DNA from: Lepidodermella squamata | Lineage: Eukaryota > Animalia > Gastrotricha | Direction of reading: 5' to 3' | Assembly (NCBI GenBank): GCA_047495785.1 | Contig: JBLDXI010000102.1 | Location: 37,608-101,607 of the forward strand | DNA: 64,000 bases | Shown: positions 11,746-25,325 of the stretch, piece after piece | How positions within the stretch are numbered: the stretch's first letter is position 1 | Layout: every line of letters begins with the position of its first letter | Notes under the pieces: generated by a model | What the model was told of the DNA's origin: nothing | Databases searched by the model: none | Seen by the model: the letters and a program-made list of their open reading frames with translations, nothing else | Translations under genes and position numbers: made by a program

Positions 11746-14700
11746 CAGGGTGTTTCATTAAAAACCGAACTCCTATAAAAATGTACTGCTGCTGCGCGTT
11801 ATCGATTTTTTGCGCGAGCGCATTTTTTTCTCCAAAAATGCACCAAAACCGCACGGTCACCGCAAATTTTTCGCATTTTTCCGAGAGAAAGCCATGCGGT
11901 AGCAGCAACAAAAATAGCGGTGTTTCAGGCTCATTTTCTGTTATAGTGTGAGTTTTCCACGGTGAAATCAAAATTCCTCCGGTGAATTCGTAAATTTTAT
12001 TACGAGCTACATTTTCATCTAAGGTTTATGCGAAAATTTGTTAGTGACATTTCGTCAGGAGCTTCTCAGTTACCAAAAATTCAATTTTTGCATCAAAATC
12101 AGCTAATAAACTGCCATTTTTATTGATCTGATGGCCCCTTTCAAACACACCGCGACGAAGTCCGAAATCTGACCGTTCCCGCTCCGGCATCGAGCCCGAC
12201 TGGGAAGCAGACTGAAGCCTGTCCGCGCCGGGGTCTGCCCGGATTATGCTAAATCGAATGAATTCTAAATTCTAACACATACCGTAAGAGTGGGCATAGT
12301 GGACACAGGCAAGGGCAGATGTCAACCCGAGTGCGGCGAAGAGAACAATAGGTAGGTCAGTGTATTTTTGTGCATGTCTAACTCCGCCGGACTCGGGCAT
12401 CGGCATGGTACCCGAGTGAAAAGAGCGATGGTTCCACACTAGGACAGTCCAAGTACGGCGAGAACCCAACGTTTTCGCCGTGCTCGGGCCGACACCGCGA
12501 CTGGCACGCTTGCAGTCAAGCTAGATTTGATATAATTTGTTGAATTGCAGTGTTGCATACAGGCACGTTCTAGGAAGCCCGAGCGCAGAGTGACAAAGCG
12601 CCGTTGTCGGACCGCACACGGGCCGGCAAAAACGTGTACGGGCCGAAGTCGGGCTTGGGATAGGGTCCCATCACAAAACAGCGCTAAGACCTTTCCATCA
12701 CAGAAAAATTAAAGTTTTCATTTCGAATCCATTCCTCTGGACAGATAAGCCGTCATTCATGTATAACATAATGTAAGTGGAGATGAAAATAAGTCGGATT
12801 TAGGCTTGTTCACATCCCTTTGACGAGTGGCAAGCAAAAAGCAGCGTTTTTCAACGTGATAACAATATGACTTGCTCGATTCCTAGAAACATATAATTAG
12901 TTCCCAGCGGAAAAAAGTGTGCGGAGCGCCGGACTCTCCATATTTTCATTGCTGCAACTGCAACTAGATGTGCATAGTTTTCCTAAATCCTTGTGCACGA
13001 CATCGCGAGCTTTGCCATCGTAATAAGCTCTAACGGTGTCAAGAAAATACCGAAATAGGCATACATAGTCGCCTAATAGTAAATGGAGTCGTTAAACATT
13101 AAAGCAAGGGCTATGCAGAGATGCTGCGCGGCTCGCTTATCGACACCACGCAACGTTGTCGTGCTTCTCCGGCCTGTTCACCAAAAGGCATGCCATTGTA
13201 AGACCAAGAATCATGAGCCGTTGCATGTTTGGACGAGATTCTAAATAATGCACCCCCAGAGAGAAACGAGGAAATTATATCCCGAAAAAGGGATTTGCAG
13301 AAGTATCAAACACCGATGTAGCGCCAATAAATGCCAATCAAAGACCAAACAAGCGTTGAGGCATAAGGCATTTATTTACAGCACACCGGCCAAATGTTTT
13401 GCCGGAATGGTTTCTACGCTCACGGTTTTACTGTGAGAATGGGGGACGCGCACATCTCATACATGATAACCAATTGGCGAATGCACTAAGGCAACTAAGG
13501 CAATTGAATTCATTGAGAAAATGACAAACGAGCACTTTCTTTAATAAGCACAATAGCAGCACATCGCATTGCCTTCGGTCAGTCGTGACAAATTTTCGAC
13601 CGATCACTCGCGTCTCCGCGGCGAATTATTACGCCGCAAATGCCCAGTGCATGCGAATCCGCACGGAGATACATACATAAATTGCTCTCTTTGCGATATG
13701 GTTTAGGCAGATATCCGTATTCACGATATAAAATGAAATTGTCCGCAGGGTTTTTCAATTTTGTGCTGACAGTTTTTTGTTACAAGTAGGCACGACAGGA
13801 TTATTATGTGGATTATTTACCACAGGTAACTGACGTATAACCCATTGACCGTTAATAACACGGCGTCCATGCGTGACATCAGCCGTTCTGAATACTGGAT
13901 ATTGAGTCATGGAAGAATGTCAGCCGAGCTATGCTGATTTGTGTAAAATCTACCATAGCCTTTACCAAGCACAGCAGCGTATGGGCAGTAGCGGCATCGT
14001 GTTCTTCTCCCCTTCCGGTTTCCCGATAGAATGTGTGTTGACCATGATGCCTCAAAGCTTGTAGCCGCGCCTTCTTAGAGAGATATCTTGGGTTCGATCC
14101 CCCGATTTTTGATCAGCCAGTCTGGGTACGTCACTTTATAATACGAGATATGGATGCATTGCCGCAATTGCACATTCAAGTTAGCGATTGTTCGCGTCAA
14201 AGTTCCACGGTGACTTTTCCACGGCGCATGCGCTAGCGAGACAAGTAAGATCAGTCGACAGCCAATAAAGAGTGAAGCGGGTTTGGACGGAGTTTACAAG
14301 TTATTTCATAAAAGAGAAATTAGAGAAAATCAATATTCCACCGTTACCTTCATTTATTTCCCATTCGAACATTTCACCGTTGGTTTACCGGTGATCTACT
14401 TTCAGTTTGCCTCAAAAGTCCAAAAAATCGGAGAAACCTCACACTCCCAGGTTAAACGCTACGAGGGAAAAGCAGGTAACGCTATTTTTCCACGGTGAAA
14501 CTTATTCAATTTCCTATTGGAACAGTTGCTCAAATTTGCAGAACTTTTCACCGTCGTTTCACCGTTGATCTGCTCGCAGTTAACCTTAAAACTGCCAGAT
14601 ATATAGGAAATTGCACACTTAAACCCACTCCAAAGCTAAAAGGAAGAATGTGCGGCAATACTTTTGACGGCATTGTTAATCTTTATCCTCGAGGATAATT

Positions 14701-14932
14701 TAGGTTAAATATCACAGAAATTGACCGGAGGTTAACCGTGAATTCACCGTAAACACACCGTACGATGCCACGTTTTCACCGTAGAAATGCCGCATTCTTG
14801 CCGCTTTTTCTCCCCGCGACACAGCAAAAATAACATGGCGCATGAAAAATCGATAACGGCGGTACTTTTCCTATATTATCTATGCATGCTAATATAAGGC
14901 TCATCTCGTACGGTTTTTTATGAAACACCCTG
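11746..14932. mobile_element. Non-autonomous Tc1/mariner-type element (3.2 kb) with captured internal fragments
   Basis: TA|CAGGGTGTTTCAT(T/A)AAAAACCG at both ends with TA TSD; subterminal inverted TTATCGATTTTT; no transposase. Confidence 0.7.
13104..13243 (-). pseudogene. Diverged fragment of the 28S rRNA 3' domain
   Basis: Aligns by eye with 28780-28925 (GCAAGGGCTATGCA...CGTTGTCGTGC...GTTGCATGTTTGGACG.GATTCT). Confidence 0.75.
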
Positions 14933-16375
14933 TATAACCTGCCAACCAGAAACAAAAAACTCTCATATTGCTTCAGCACGGTCGCTTCTGGAAAAAACTT
15001 GAAACATTCTCCTCAAGGTCAAAATAATGAATTTCTACCGTGTTCAAAGTTGTACTTTTAAGTGTTCAAAGTTGTACCGGCTACCCTTTAAACTTTGATC
15101 GCATGCCACGCGAAACCCACCTATAGATTGGCGCGCCTTTTTGGCTACTTCTTCAGAAAGGTAATCGCTGCGATTCGCCAATTCGGACCGCGCGGATCTG
15201 CTACGGTTATCACAGGGCAGTCTTTCAAAAAGTACCAAAAACGCTGTTTTTTCGGGAATTTTCAAGGCAGAGACCGTGGGGACTTGGCGATGAAGCTTAG
15301 CAAAATGTGAGATCTCACCGATATTTATATTCAGTAAAATTCCCAAGTGGTAGATCCCCATGGTTTCAGAGAAAAGCTTATTTGCGTGAAATGTCCAAAC
15401 TTGTACCGGATTATGGTAATTTGGTCCAGCCAGGTAAAAAAACGAAAATCACCGAACCAGTAACCAGGGGTTTTGAGGGTTTTCTTCGAGTAATTTACGA
15501 TTTCCTCTGTGAAACCGTGGAAAGAAGAAAAAAGATTCCCCCAAATGGCGTATTTTTAAAAATTAGTTAAATTTTCCCCGAAAAAAGAATTCGTAGTTAC
15601 AAAATGGTTACGCAACTTATTGGACACTCCGTAATGCTAATATCATCTAAACCAATGTCAAATGTTCATTAACCCGCGACAATCAAGTTGTTTTTTAGGT
15701 ATCAGACAAAATTTTCGCGATGCTATGTATAAATACAGTGAAAGTTGTCGAAACCGGACGGATTTTGGTGTCTGAGTCCGGTTTACGCATGAAAAAGGGC
15801 AATTTTGTAGAGTATTTGGGGAAAGTGCAGGCACCTGCCTGTCATGAGACACCTCGAAAATTTTTTAAATTGTTAATCGGCCAATCATCCCGGATCTAGC
15901 ATCTTGAGTCTATGTAGTTCAGTTATGTATATATGTATATATAAAGGTATAACTTGAATGACGTCGAAGTTCGTAAAATGTGAAAAATGTGAACTTCATT
16001 TAGTAGCCCGGATCAATATATTATATGTAAACCAAAAAACAAAATTACGGATAATGAATTTACTCTCGTTCTGGAAAATACAAACAGCTGGCGCTTGTTA
16101 AATTAGTAACCTTCTATTTTATTCGTTGGGCAATATGCGTCCTCTTCTTGGCGTGCGTCTTGTTTCCGACATGAAAATCTAATATAGCTGCTAACTTCTT
16201 CAGAATTCGAAATACATTTGATATTTGGGTTGTAAATATCGTATTATTGTGTTTTTGTTTTAGATAGCATTAACCTACATTTGGATAGGCTTATTTTTAG
16301 CGAGCTTCACTTCATTCATCCGATTGATACTTGGTTTGCTGATACTTTCTGCCCCGATTTTCCTTTCTGGACGGT

Positions 16376-18627
16376 ATGGAGCTCGAACCTAGTTCATATG
16401 AGGCTGCCTTGTTAGAGGATGCTTCCCGTGTTCCCTTTACCACTGTCCCAATTACTTGTGCTTGGCAAAAATGGGACGTGGGCGGTGCCACTGTGGTTGC
16501 TTCAGGTGCGTCAAATGTAGATTTTCCAAACATGCTCCCAAAGCGCCTACGACCAAATCATCAATCTGTCGTTGAGCGGGATCGAATGCGGAGGGGTGTA
16601 GATCATACGCGGGAACAAATAATATGTAAAAAAACTGGTCGCCTTCGACGTAAGCATCGACATGTTCAGGAACGTAAAGCTCAACTAGTCAAATGTAAGT
16701 GTATTCGCCGCTGCTTCATGAAGTTTACCCTTCAGTCGCTGACTAAGATGCAAAACGATCTTAATGCCGAAATTGAAGAGAACAGTAAAAGGGTATTTGT
16801 CGCTCGCTATGTCAAAACCAAAAAAACGTCAAGCCGGAGGAAAAGATATGTTTATTGTTTACCTCACATCAGCGCTATTCCGGAAAGTAACCCCAATCTT
16901 GACGAAGCCGTTGAGGTTTGTAGGGCATTCTTCCTTGGAGCCACATGCTTGAGCGAGAAATTCATTCTTTACACGCTTAAGAATAAAGTGGAAGGCGCGA
17001 TCGTTAAGCAGGATATTAGAGGGAAGCACCCGCACAGAAATGGCGTAAGTCAGATTCAGTACAACGAAGTCTGTCGCCATATCGCCGCTGTTCCTCGAGT
17101 GCCTTCCCATTATACTCGACAGAAATCACGGAGGCTTTACATCTGGAGGTGTTTTTCCAAGCTGTCGTTATTCAAAGATTACATACGGCGTAAGGAAGTC
17201 GAATGGGCTGAGTATCGTCATCAAAAAGATGATTACGAAGCGGGAAAACTTCGGACTAGCGGAAGCGGTGTAATATCACCTCCAAACGAGCCAGCTAAAG
17301 CTGTAGGAAGAACAACGTTTTGCAATATCATGAAATCAAATTTTCCTCAACTATCATTTTTCATGCCAAAGTCTGACAGATGCCAAACGTGCATGCGGTA
17401 AGTTTCCACTGACATGTCCAGTAACGCACTGTGTGGAAATGTTCTGTATCTATAGGTTCGAACAGCTATACCCACCTTCACAGCGGAGAAAAAATACATC
17501 CTTCCAAGCCCATCTGTCGCGTAAAAATGGAGCCCGAAAGTCAAGAGATGATGACATTGAGCGAGCGCGAAAATCCAATGGAGAAATCATGTGTTGCGAA
17601 TTTGATTTAGCAAGAAATTACGAGACCCCGTGCTGCTCATTTCCCTTCAAATCCAAGTTTCAAACCAGATTTTTCACAATATTCGATAATGTCTCCCGAA
17701 AGACTTATGGCTTTTCATGGGACGAGGATCACGGCGGAAAAGGCGGAACGGAAATAGGAACTTGCATTTACAAATTTCTGACTGGTATGATTGCGCCTGA
17801 AACTCGCGTGGTTTACTTATGGTCAGACCAATGCGGCTCGCAAAATAAGAACAACCTAGTTGTATCCGCAATTTTGAAAGCTTTGCAAAATTCAAAAAAT
17901 AACCTTGAGTTTGTACACCACAAATTCCTTGTCAGTGGACACTCTTTTATGCGTGGGGACGTTGCTCATTCTCTAGTTGATCACGAGGTGAAAAAGCGTG
18001 GTAACGTCCTCTCAACTACCGAATGGAGAGATGTTATTCAATCTGCTTATTCTGATCGCAACTTCACTTTGACGGAGCTCCGATTCAATGACTTCTTTAA
18101 ATTAAGAGAAGACAATAATCAAGATGACACCTTTGGTAACCGATTCACTGATTTGGGGCTGAAAAAGTCTGCTGTCACATGGCTTTTTTATGAGAGGTCT
18201 AACGTAGAATTGGTTCGAACACGATCAACTTACGACGACTTGGAATGGGATAATCACTACGCAAAACCTAGTTTGAATGAGAAGCCATTCGATTGGACAC
18301 CACAACAGGCGTATCATGAACACCGGATGATTTTGGCTAGCAAAATGAAGGCGATGTTTGGTAAAAGTCTGATGCAAAAGTTTGTGCTTAATATATTCTA
18401 TTTGCTACACAGAGTGGCTAAAGGAGGGCGTGCTGCCTTTCCGAGACCTCGACAATTGGACGTCAATGGCGAAATCCCATTCAGAGCTTCGCCTCAAGCC
18501 CGAAATCATTGAGAAAAAGCGACAGGAAATTATAGATCGATATGCTATGGTTATCGAGGAACACGATGAGATTGTCGAGCAGGACTACGTTCAGTGCGCT
18601 TCCATCCCGGAACTAAATGTCGATTGA
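16376..18627 (+). CDS. DDD transposase, Sola1-like, about 713 aa; exons 16376-17397, 17456-18360, 18413-18627
   Basis: Motifs VCRAFF, SHY, PKSDRCQTC, FDL, GGKGGTEIGTC, WSDQCGSQNKN, KFLVSGHSFMRGD; two GT-AG introns (58 and 52 bp) join three ORFs with matching phases. Confidence 0.75.
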
Positions 18628-19463
18628 CTGAAGACTGAAATAATCCTCACAAACCTGCGATTATTCAGCCGACGCAGATACGATAACTTCTCTCACTGAA
18701 AAGCGCTCACAATGAAGGAAGCCGATGGATGCACTTGGATAATTAATACTAATTAAGATAATTAATTAATAATTAATGTATTATGCACAGCTGTTCTAAT
18801 CTTGAGAGTGGGTTCATAAAGTCAGCCGCGGAAACCAACATCGCCAGTTTTTGAGGCCTTCATTTTCCGCGAGGCAACTTACCCAGCCGCTGTTCAAATC
18901 GACAATTGGCGATGGCAAATGACTCAAAAATATCATTTCTGAGAGTCTTTGATTTTAATGTCTATATTTATGATGCTACTATATCATACTGCTATTTTCA
19001 TGAAAGAAGAATGAATAAAAACAATAAACCATGAAGGCAGATCTATAATCATTTTCTTTGAAATAACATAGTCAGAAATTTCGTGGAATGTTTTTGGAAT
19101 CTGCATTCTGTAATCTGTTGTTTGTTATCTGGTACAAAATTTATCTTGCACCACAGCACATGGCATATTTCGTGACGGATATCCGTTGCAGACGTTCTGT
19201 CGAAACTGGTTCCGACCATTTGCTGCTGGACTGCAAGCTCACAATTGCTGGCAAGCCGAATAAGGCCATTAGTTGGGCCACATTTGTCCATTATTGGAAC
19301 AGATCAGAGTGATCAGATAGAATTTATTACTGTCTCGTCAAAAGGCCAACTGATCTTTAGACCTGTATAGCAACAGGATTGGCAATGGACAGCCCAGAAC
19401 AGTGTACCCTCTCGGACCACTTCTTGATCTTCCTTCTTCAGCTTCGAGCTTCGGAGCCACGGG

Positions 19464-19493
19464 CATAGAGAATAGGTAACTCTATTCTCTATG
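19464..19493. mobile_element. 30-bp minimal TIR element with 8-bp TSD (P/hAT-like)
   Basis: CATAGAGAATAG-GTAACT-CTATTCTCTATG flanked by GCCACGGG at 19456-19463 and 19494-19501. Confidence 0.7.
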
Positions 19494-19667
19494 GCCACGG
19501 GTCTCGAATGAGACAGGACGTCTTATACACACACAGTTTTCCGTGAATCCAGCCGCTAAAATGATGCATGAATTCATACGCGAACATCGAAGAATGAATA
19601 AAAAAATGATTTTTGCAAATTTAGGAAACACATTAAGTTTGATTTTTTTATTTCTGAAAATCAGAAC

Positions 19668-20126
19668 TACGGCGACATCACATTAGGCCAAGCAGCACCG
19701 ACAAATCTGGCTAAACTTCAGTCAACACAAGACCGAGCCGTGCGTGCCATTTGCGGGGCACATCCCTTGGCCGACCCTGAACCGTTGAGACGCCGTCTTG
19801 GTTGGGTCGACGTCAATCAAAAACACGCTATTCACCTTGCAACTTTGATTTGGAGCTGCTTACACCATCAAGCACCAGTAGCGATGCAAACACTGTTCCG
19901 GCTAAACGAAATCAGTACCTACGATGTTCGCCGCTCTGAACCAATGTTCAAACCAACTTTCAAAAAGGAACGCGGTACGCTAAGCTTGAGCTATCGCGGG
20001 CCGGACTGGTGGAACGTACTGCCGACCGAAGCTCATCAAGCAGCATCGGCCAAGGAATGCCGCGAAGCTGTGTACAATCATTGTTACTCTACCAATGCTG
20101 AGAAATTAAAGTTAAATAAAAATTAG
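19668..20126 (+). mobile_element. 5'-truncated LINE fragment (CR1/L2-like ORF2 C-terminus)
   Basis: YGDI...LAKLQSTQDRAVRAICG...LGW...SLSYRGPDWWNVLP is typical of the post-RT region of CR1/L2-group ORF2. Confidence 0.65.
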
Positions 20127-20639
20127 CGGAGGCCTTGTTCTGGTTATGCTTGAGATGAAATTTGTGATTTTATTTTTATGATTACAGTTCATACTGCTAT
20201 GCTGTACTTAACGTTTCTTGTTGCGATTTTGTTGCTCAGTTACATCAGAACATAATTGATCGAGTGTCTGATCTATAACTTTGTTTTCTCCTACTACACC
20301 TTTCCTGTCCTATAATCTGAACTTGTCCTGCAATTATATGTTGTTTTCCTTAACATTGTCAAGCTGCCCTCTCTTGGGCGTATGAGCTTCCAAATCATGC
20401 CTGCTATCTAGCTACATCTAGCTGTATACTAGGCTTGTTTTGGTCCACCGAACAATAACATACATGACGGATTCGTGTCGAACATAACGCGTTATTGTAC
20501 TCCGATATTGGCCGAGTACAATAACTTAGTGGAACCAGTGAATCAACAATTTTCTGATTGGTCAGGTGGTTTGAAATCTGTGATTGGTTGGTTCAAATCA
20601 CCGACTATCGCCGCAATCGAGCTTGGCAATCGAGCTGAT

Positions 20640-21608
20640 GCCGGGCTCGTCGGTAGGATCAACGCCTTAGACGCGCAGTTCCGCGCTGCGAAAGCGGCTC
20701 AGCGATTGGGGCGGGATATTTCCAGCCTGCGATATGTTGAAGCTCTGTCGTTCTAGCACTGCTACCGAGAGACTTATGCTCGCCTCCGTTGTCTCGATAC
20801 GTTTCGCCCTACCCATGTTGATCGCCTGACCTACATGAAGCTCGATGACGGAAGTGTCATGCCGCCGTCAACTGCCCTTGCTGATGCACTGCTTGATTAT
20901 TTCGATGTCGCCCTACGTCGACCCCAATGCGTACACTGCCACTCGCAAGTGGTGGCAACAAGTCGAGGACGATGCGGTTGCAGATCCCGAACTTCGAGCT
21001 TCCGATGTGATCCACCTGCCCGCTCTCGGCGAGTTTTCTATCAGTCAACTGATGTTCGCTGATGCTGTTAAGCGTTTGAAGTCCTTCAAGACCCCTGGCT
21101 TGGATGGTATTCAAAACATCTACCTGAAAAGGGGTGGCCCTGGCCTGCAAACCCACCTTCGTCGGCTGTTCAACATGTTTCTTGGCAGTCGCTACGTGCC
21201 TCAAGCGTGGAAAGCCGCAGAACCATGTCTCGTCACAACGTCCCATCTCCTGGCTGCCGACTGACGCCAAGCTCCTGGAGTCTATCGTAGCTCGGTGGAT
21301 GGCCCAGTCAACGCCTTCTCCCTGTGAACCAAATTGCATTCCGTCCGCACCATTCCGTCCCACTTCGCATCGTTCATCGCGTCCACCTCAACCGCTCCCT
21401 GCGCAAGAAGACTGTCGTGGCAGGCCTGGATGTTCAGGATGCCTACGATTCAGTGTGGCACGCCGGGCTGATCCATAAGTTGGCCCAGTTGCCTCTTTGG
21501 CAGGCTGGTTGGCCGACTACCTACGCGACCGTCGTCTGCAGGCTTGCATGGCGGGCTCGCTGAGTCGTCAAGTCGTCGTCACTTTCGGGGTGCCGCAAGG
21601 TTCCCCGT
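20640..21608 (+). pseudogene. Frameshifted LINE RT (Jockey/I-group-like), related to the IGS LINEs
   Basis: KTPGLDGIQNIYLK, RPISWLP, DVQDAYDSVWHAGL, GVPQGSP spread over several frames; ends at a (TTTA)n run; left boundary approximate. Confidence 0.75.
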
Positions 21609-21640
21609 TTATTTATTTTTATTTATTTATTTATTTATTT
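21608..21640. repeat. (TTTA)n microsatellite
   Basis: Direct reading. Confidence 0.8.
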
Positions 21641-22798
21641 GTAAGCTTTAACGCCCCTCGGTTGAAAACTACCGTATTGCCGCGCTTTGAGTGTCATGCA
21701 ACTATAAAGAGAAACGTGGTTTTTGACCCCTTTCCAATTTCCTCGATTATAGTGGCACCTAATGTTTTGCATTGAAATTTAATCTGGCATGTCACTACCC
21801 TAGTGCAAAAAAGACGTATACATAGGCCCAAAATGACACGATTTTCGTAAATTTTGGCGCATCGTAATGCACCATAATCAATAGCCCTATCGGACCATCA
21901 ATGTGGCACATTTTGAGTTCTGAGGCAAAGTTTGATGAATCAAAATGGCCCATTATGAAGAATATGATCAACTACTCATTCTGCATCAAAATGAAAATTT
22001 CCATGAGTTTATTTTCTGATAGAATCTGCATTTAACGTTAAAAAGCCCAGCGCCATTCTCATTAGTTATCATATATGCGGTTTATTTCGGAAACTTCAAT
22101 TAATTCGATTATTAAAATTTAATATTATTCTTGGTTATATTCGCAAAAATACAGTTTCACAATGTGATGATGAGCGCGAAAAAGTTTGAGTCAATAGCAT
22201 ATATACTGCGTTCAACCAGCTTGTTCACAGCAATTCAGCGCCCGCTAGACCGCTAGTTTGAAGACGAAATTGTCTTGGCTTGACGGAATTTTCCGGTTTT
22301 GGCTTGCGAGGATCCGTCTGATTTGCGTTTCTTCGAATTACGGCTCGAATACGCAGCATGAGAAGTTGAATTCGATGACAGTTTACCCTCGGCGGCGTAT
22401 TCGTTCCCACCGGCTTTGCCCCCGTCGTCCGAAATCAGTCCGATATCGGCCAAATGACGCACCATCTATTGTTCGAAAATTCAAGAAATTTTATACCCAG
22501 CATATTCAATATGTCCAAATATGGAATTTTCCCCAGAAATATAGGTCGAGTAGCTTTGACAATTCGATATTTTACGGTATAACATTCGTAAATCGTTCAT
22601 ATCTGAACTCGCCGCACTCGATTTACTCATCGCAACTCGCCTCCGGCTCGTCACGACTCGTAAATCTCGGGCGGCTCCGTGCAGATATAAACGTTTTACT
22701 CATGTCATACCATACAAATATACCTTATGTTTCACCTGAACTCGCCAGATTTTGATTTTCTTTCCGTATTTTGAAAAACGGCGGATGTCGATGACATA

Positions 22799-23623
22799 CC
22801 GTAAGGCGGTCTTACTTCGGACAAAAACGTGTTTTTGGGGCTTAGTTTTTCGAGGTGAACGAATTTTTTGACGGGCTTTATGTCAAAAGATGCGCCTTGA
22901 AAAACTGCATATTCTAGTATCAACTCCGGAAAAAAATGATTTTTCCCGTACAGGTATTAAAGGAAAACTGGTCCGGCTAACTTCGGACACAACTGGGGTA
23001 ACTTCGGACAGCTCAATATGAATATTTAGATTGGGGTCAAAGTTCACATTAAAGCGAGATAAAATTTGTGAGCATATTTAAGAAAAAAAAACTAAAAAAA
23101 AACCAAAATGCATGATGAGGGATTCGAACCCTCAATATTTAATTATGCTCCCAACGCAGCTTAGTGCTGTTCTCAATATAATATGGAGTTTAAAAAATGT
23201 CAAGGTCAATTGACATCTTTTTGAATTTCCCGTAGTTTGAAGCTGTCCGAACTTACCCGGGACAAAATTTGTTTTCTAAAGCATTTCCTGATCAAAATTT
23301 TCGTTAAAAATTGGTTTGAACATGACAGCATTACTAAATCGATGGTGCTCTATCTTTTCCGCTTCTCTCCAGCAAAAAATACCTACCTACTGAAAAGTTA
23401 GCAATTTTGGGTCGCGGGACATGACTGCCAAGAAGTTGGACTATTCTTCGCATACTTATCTGTTTTCAATGTTGTTTTCAATCTGGTGTCATTTGAAAGC
23501 CAAGACTCAGGGCTATCTTTTGCAAATTGATCGGTCTCTATATTCACCGGGGTTGAGGAGAAATTCCAGTTCAAAGTCAAAAGTGTCCGAAGTTACCCTG
23601 TCCGAAGTTAGACCGCCTTACGG
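22799..23623. mobile_element. MITE nested in 21672-25411
   Basis: TIR CCGTAAGGCGGTCT(T/A)ACTTCGGACA, TA TSD, internal AACTTCGGACA repeats. Confidence 0.8.
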
Positions 23624-24787
23624 TATTTTGTCCCGTCGTTTGTTGGGAAGGACTAATATCAGGGCCCTTTGGTTTTTGAGCTGCCTGGATAGCAGAGAAA
23701 TGTTCAGATAAACAGCAAAGAGTTTTTAATTACTTCAAAAAACTTTCTAATTTTCTAATGTTTAATCGAAACTCAAAATACAGGGAATAGGAATAAGAGG
23801 AATAAGAGGAACTCGCGGACAGCCATCGCGGGCCAGGAAATATGGCACGGTTATGGTAGGGCCATGACCGCCGTGAGCCGTGGCACTATTCGAATGAATT
23901 GCCTGCCATTAATAAACTCATAGGAAAAATTGCTCGTAAATTTTGCGAATGGAAATGAGAGGAGCAGTGATTGCGCAACGCCACTGCGTAATCGAGTCGA
24001 CTCCGATTACGCGACTCGAGTCGCGGCAAATTGCAATGTCCTAATAAAAAATTAATGGGTTGTTATATTGGATTTCAAAAAATTCCAACTGTTCAACTAA
24101 AAGCCTTTTAATTAGGTGCTACCATGAAATTCGAACTGCTTTTAAACGAACACCGTTGTCACGATATCGCCATGTCTTACTAAAATACCGAATGAAAATA
24201 ATTATATTTCGTCCACAATAATGTTGAGATGCGGTTTTCATCATTCGATAGATCTAGCATGCGGTTAACTTGCCTGTTAGCCTAATTTGAACAAGACTCC
24301 AGGAAGAAAATTGCTGGGAAAGAGGTATTCGCCATTTTTTTAAATTTTTTTTCCGGTAATCGAATATCAGAAATCGAATTGCTATGAATCAGGACCTTTC
24401 ATTTTATTGCGGCGAATATCGTAGTATTGCCGCGCGGTAATTATCGACGATCCGGGCTGCAAAAGAGCATCATCCGAGTTAGTTAAATAAACCTGAGCTC
24501 ATAAAATCACCACACAGTAATATTAGGCCTTTGTGAAAAAGCAGGCGAAATGACGTCTTCTTATTATCAAAATGACGAAGTTCAGCTAATCGATCTTTTT
24601 CGGGATTTGTCATTTTGAGCCATTTTCAATTAGCTCGAATGAAGATAGGAGGAAAGTTTCATTTTGAAAAGAATTTCTCATGGTCGAGACTCTAAAAAGT
24701 TGAAAGAACAACAATATTACGCATTTTGAATCGGACCCACGCTGCTGTGTTACGCGCCACAACAGAAATTACGAAAATTTTTACTAG

Positions 24788-25325
24788 AGTTGCGTTTTTT
24801 ATGGTGTCCGCGGGCTAATTATTTAAATTAAGACCAGATGACACACATAACTTGGCTTATGCTTTTCAAAGAAATCGTTAAACTTTAAATTCAGAAATAT
24901 TGAATTACGGGTTATTTGACAAGTTTGGATTCAAAATAATCGCCATTCGACAGCTAAAATTGAGAATTTTCGGTAAATTTCAAAATATTTAAAAAAATCA
25001 ATATTTCTATCGATTTTTGCGGATCGTGCCAACGAAATAAAAAATGCTTCCCCACGACGTTTGGCTATAAATTGACTGTATGGCACGTCGTCATAAATTA
25101 ACGAGGGTCAGATGGCGCTATGGAGTAAATTAATTACAACCATGTCTCGATTTGTCAAGGCTTAATCTAATTAAGTAGGGGCGTGATTATTCTTAACTGT
25201 TTGCCTCTCGAGGTCGGACAGCTCCAGCCTAATTACTTGATTGTTAGTTCTGTGTTGCGGAGGTGTCCGAAATATTGATCACAGCGTTGAACAATAGCTT
25301 CTCGGACACCATAAAAAACGCAACT
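24788..25325. mobile_element. MITE with 23-bp perfect TIR and 3-bp TSD (PIF/Harbinger-like)
   Basis: TAG|AGTTGCGTTTTTTATGGTGTCCG ... CGGACACCATAAAAAACGCAACT|TAG. Confidence 0.7.

Noticed and set aside
23108-23175. tRNA-like T-arm (GAGGGTTCGAATCCCTC on -) and a similar one near 14090
   Set aside because: No complete cloverleaf; both lie inside transposon bodies
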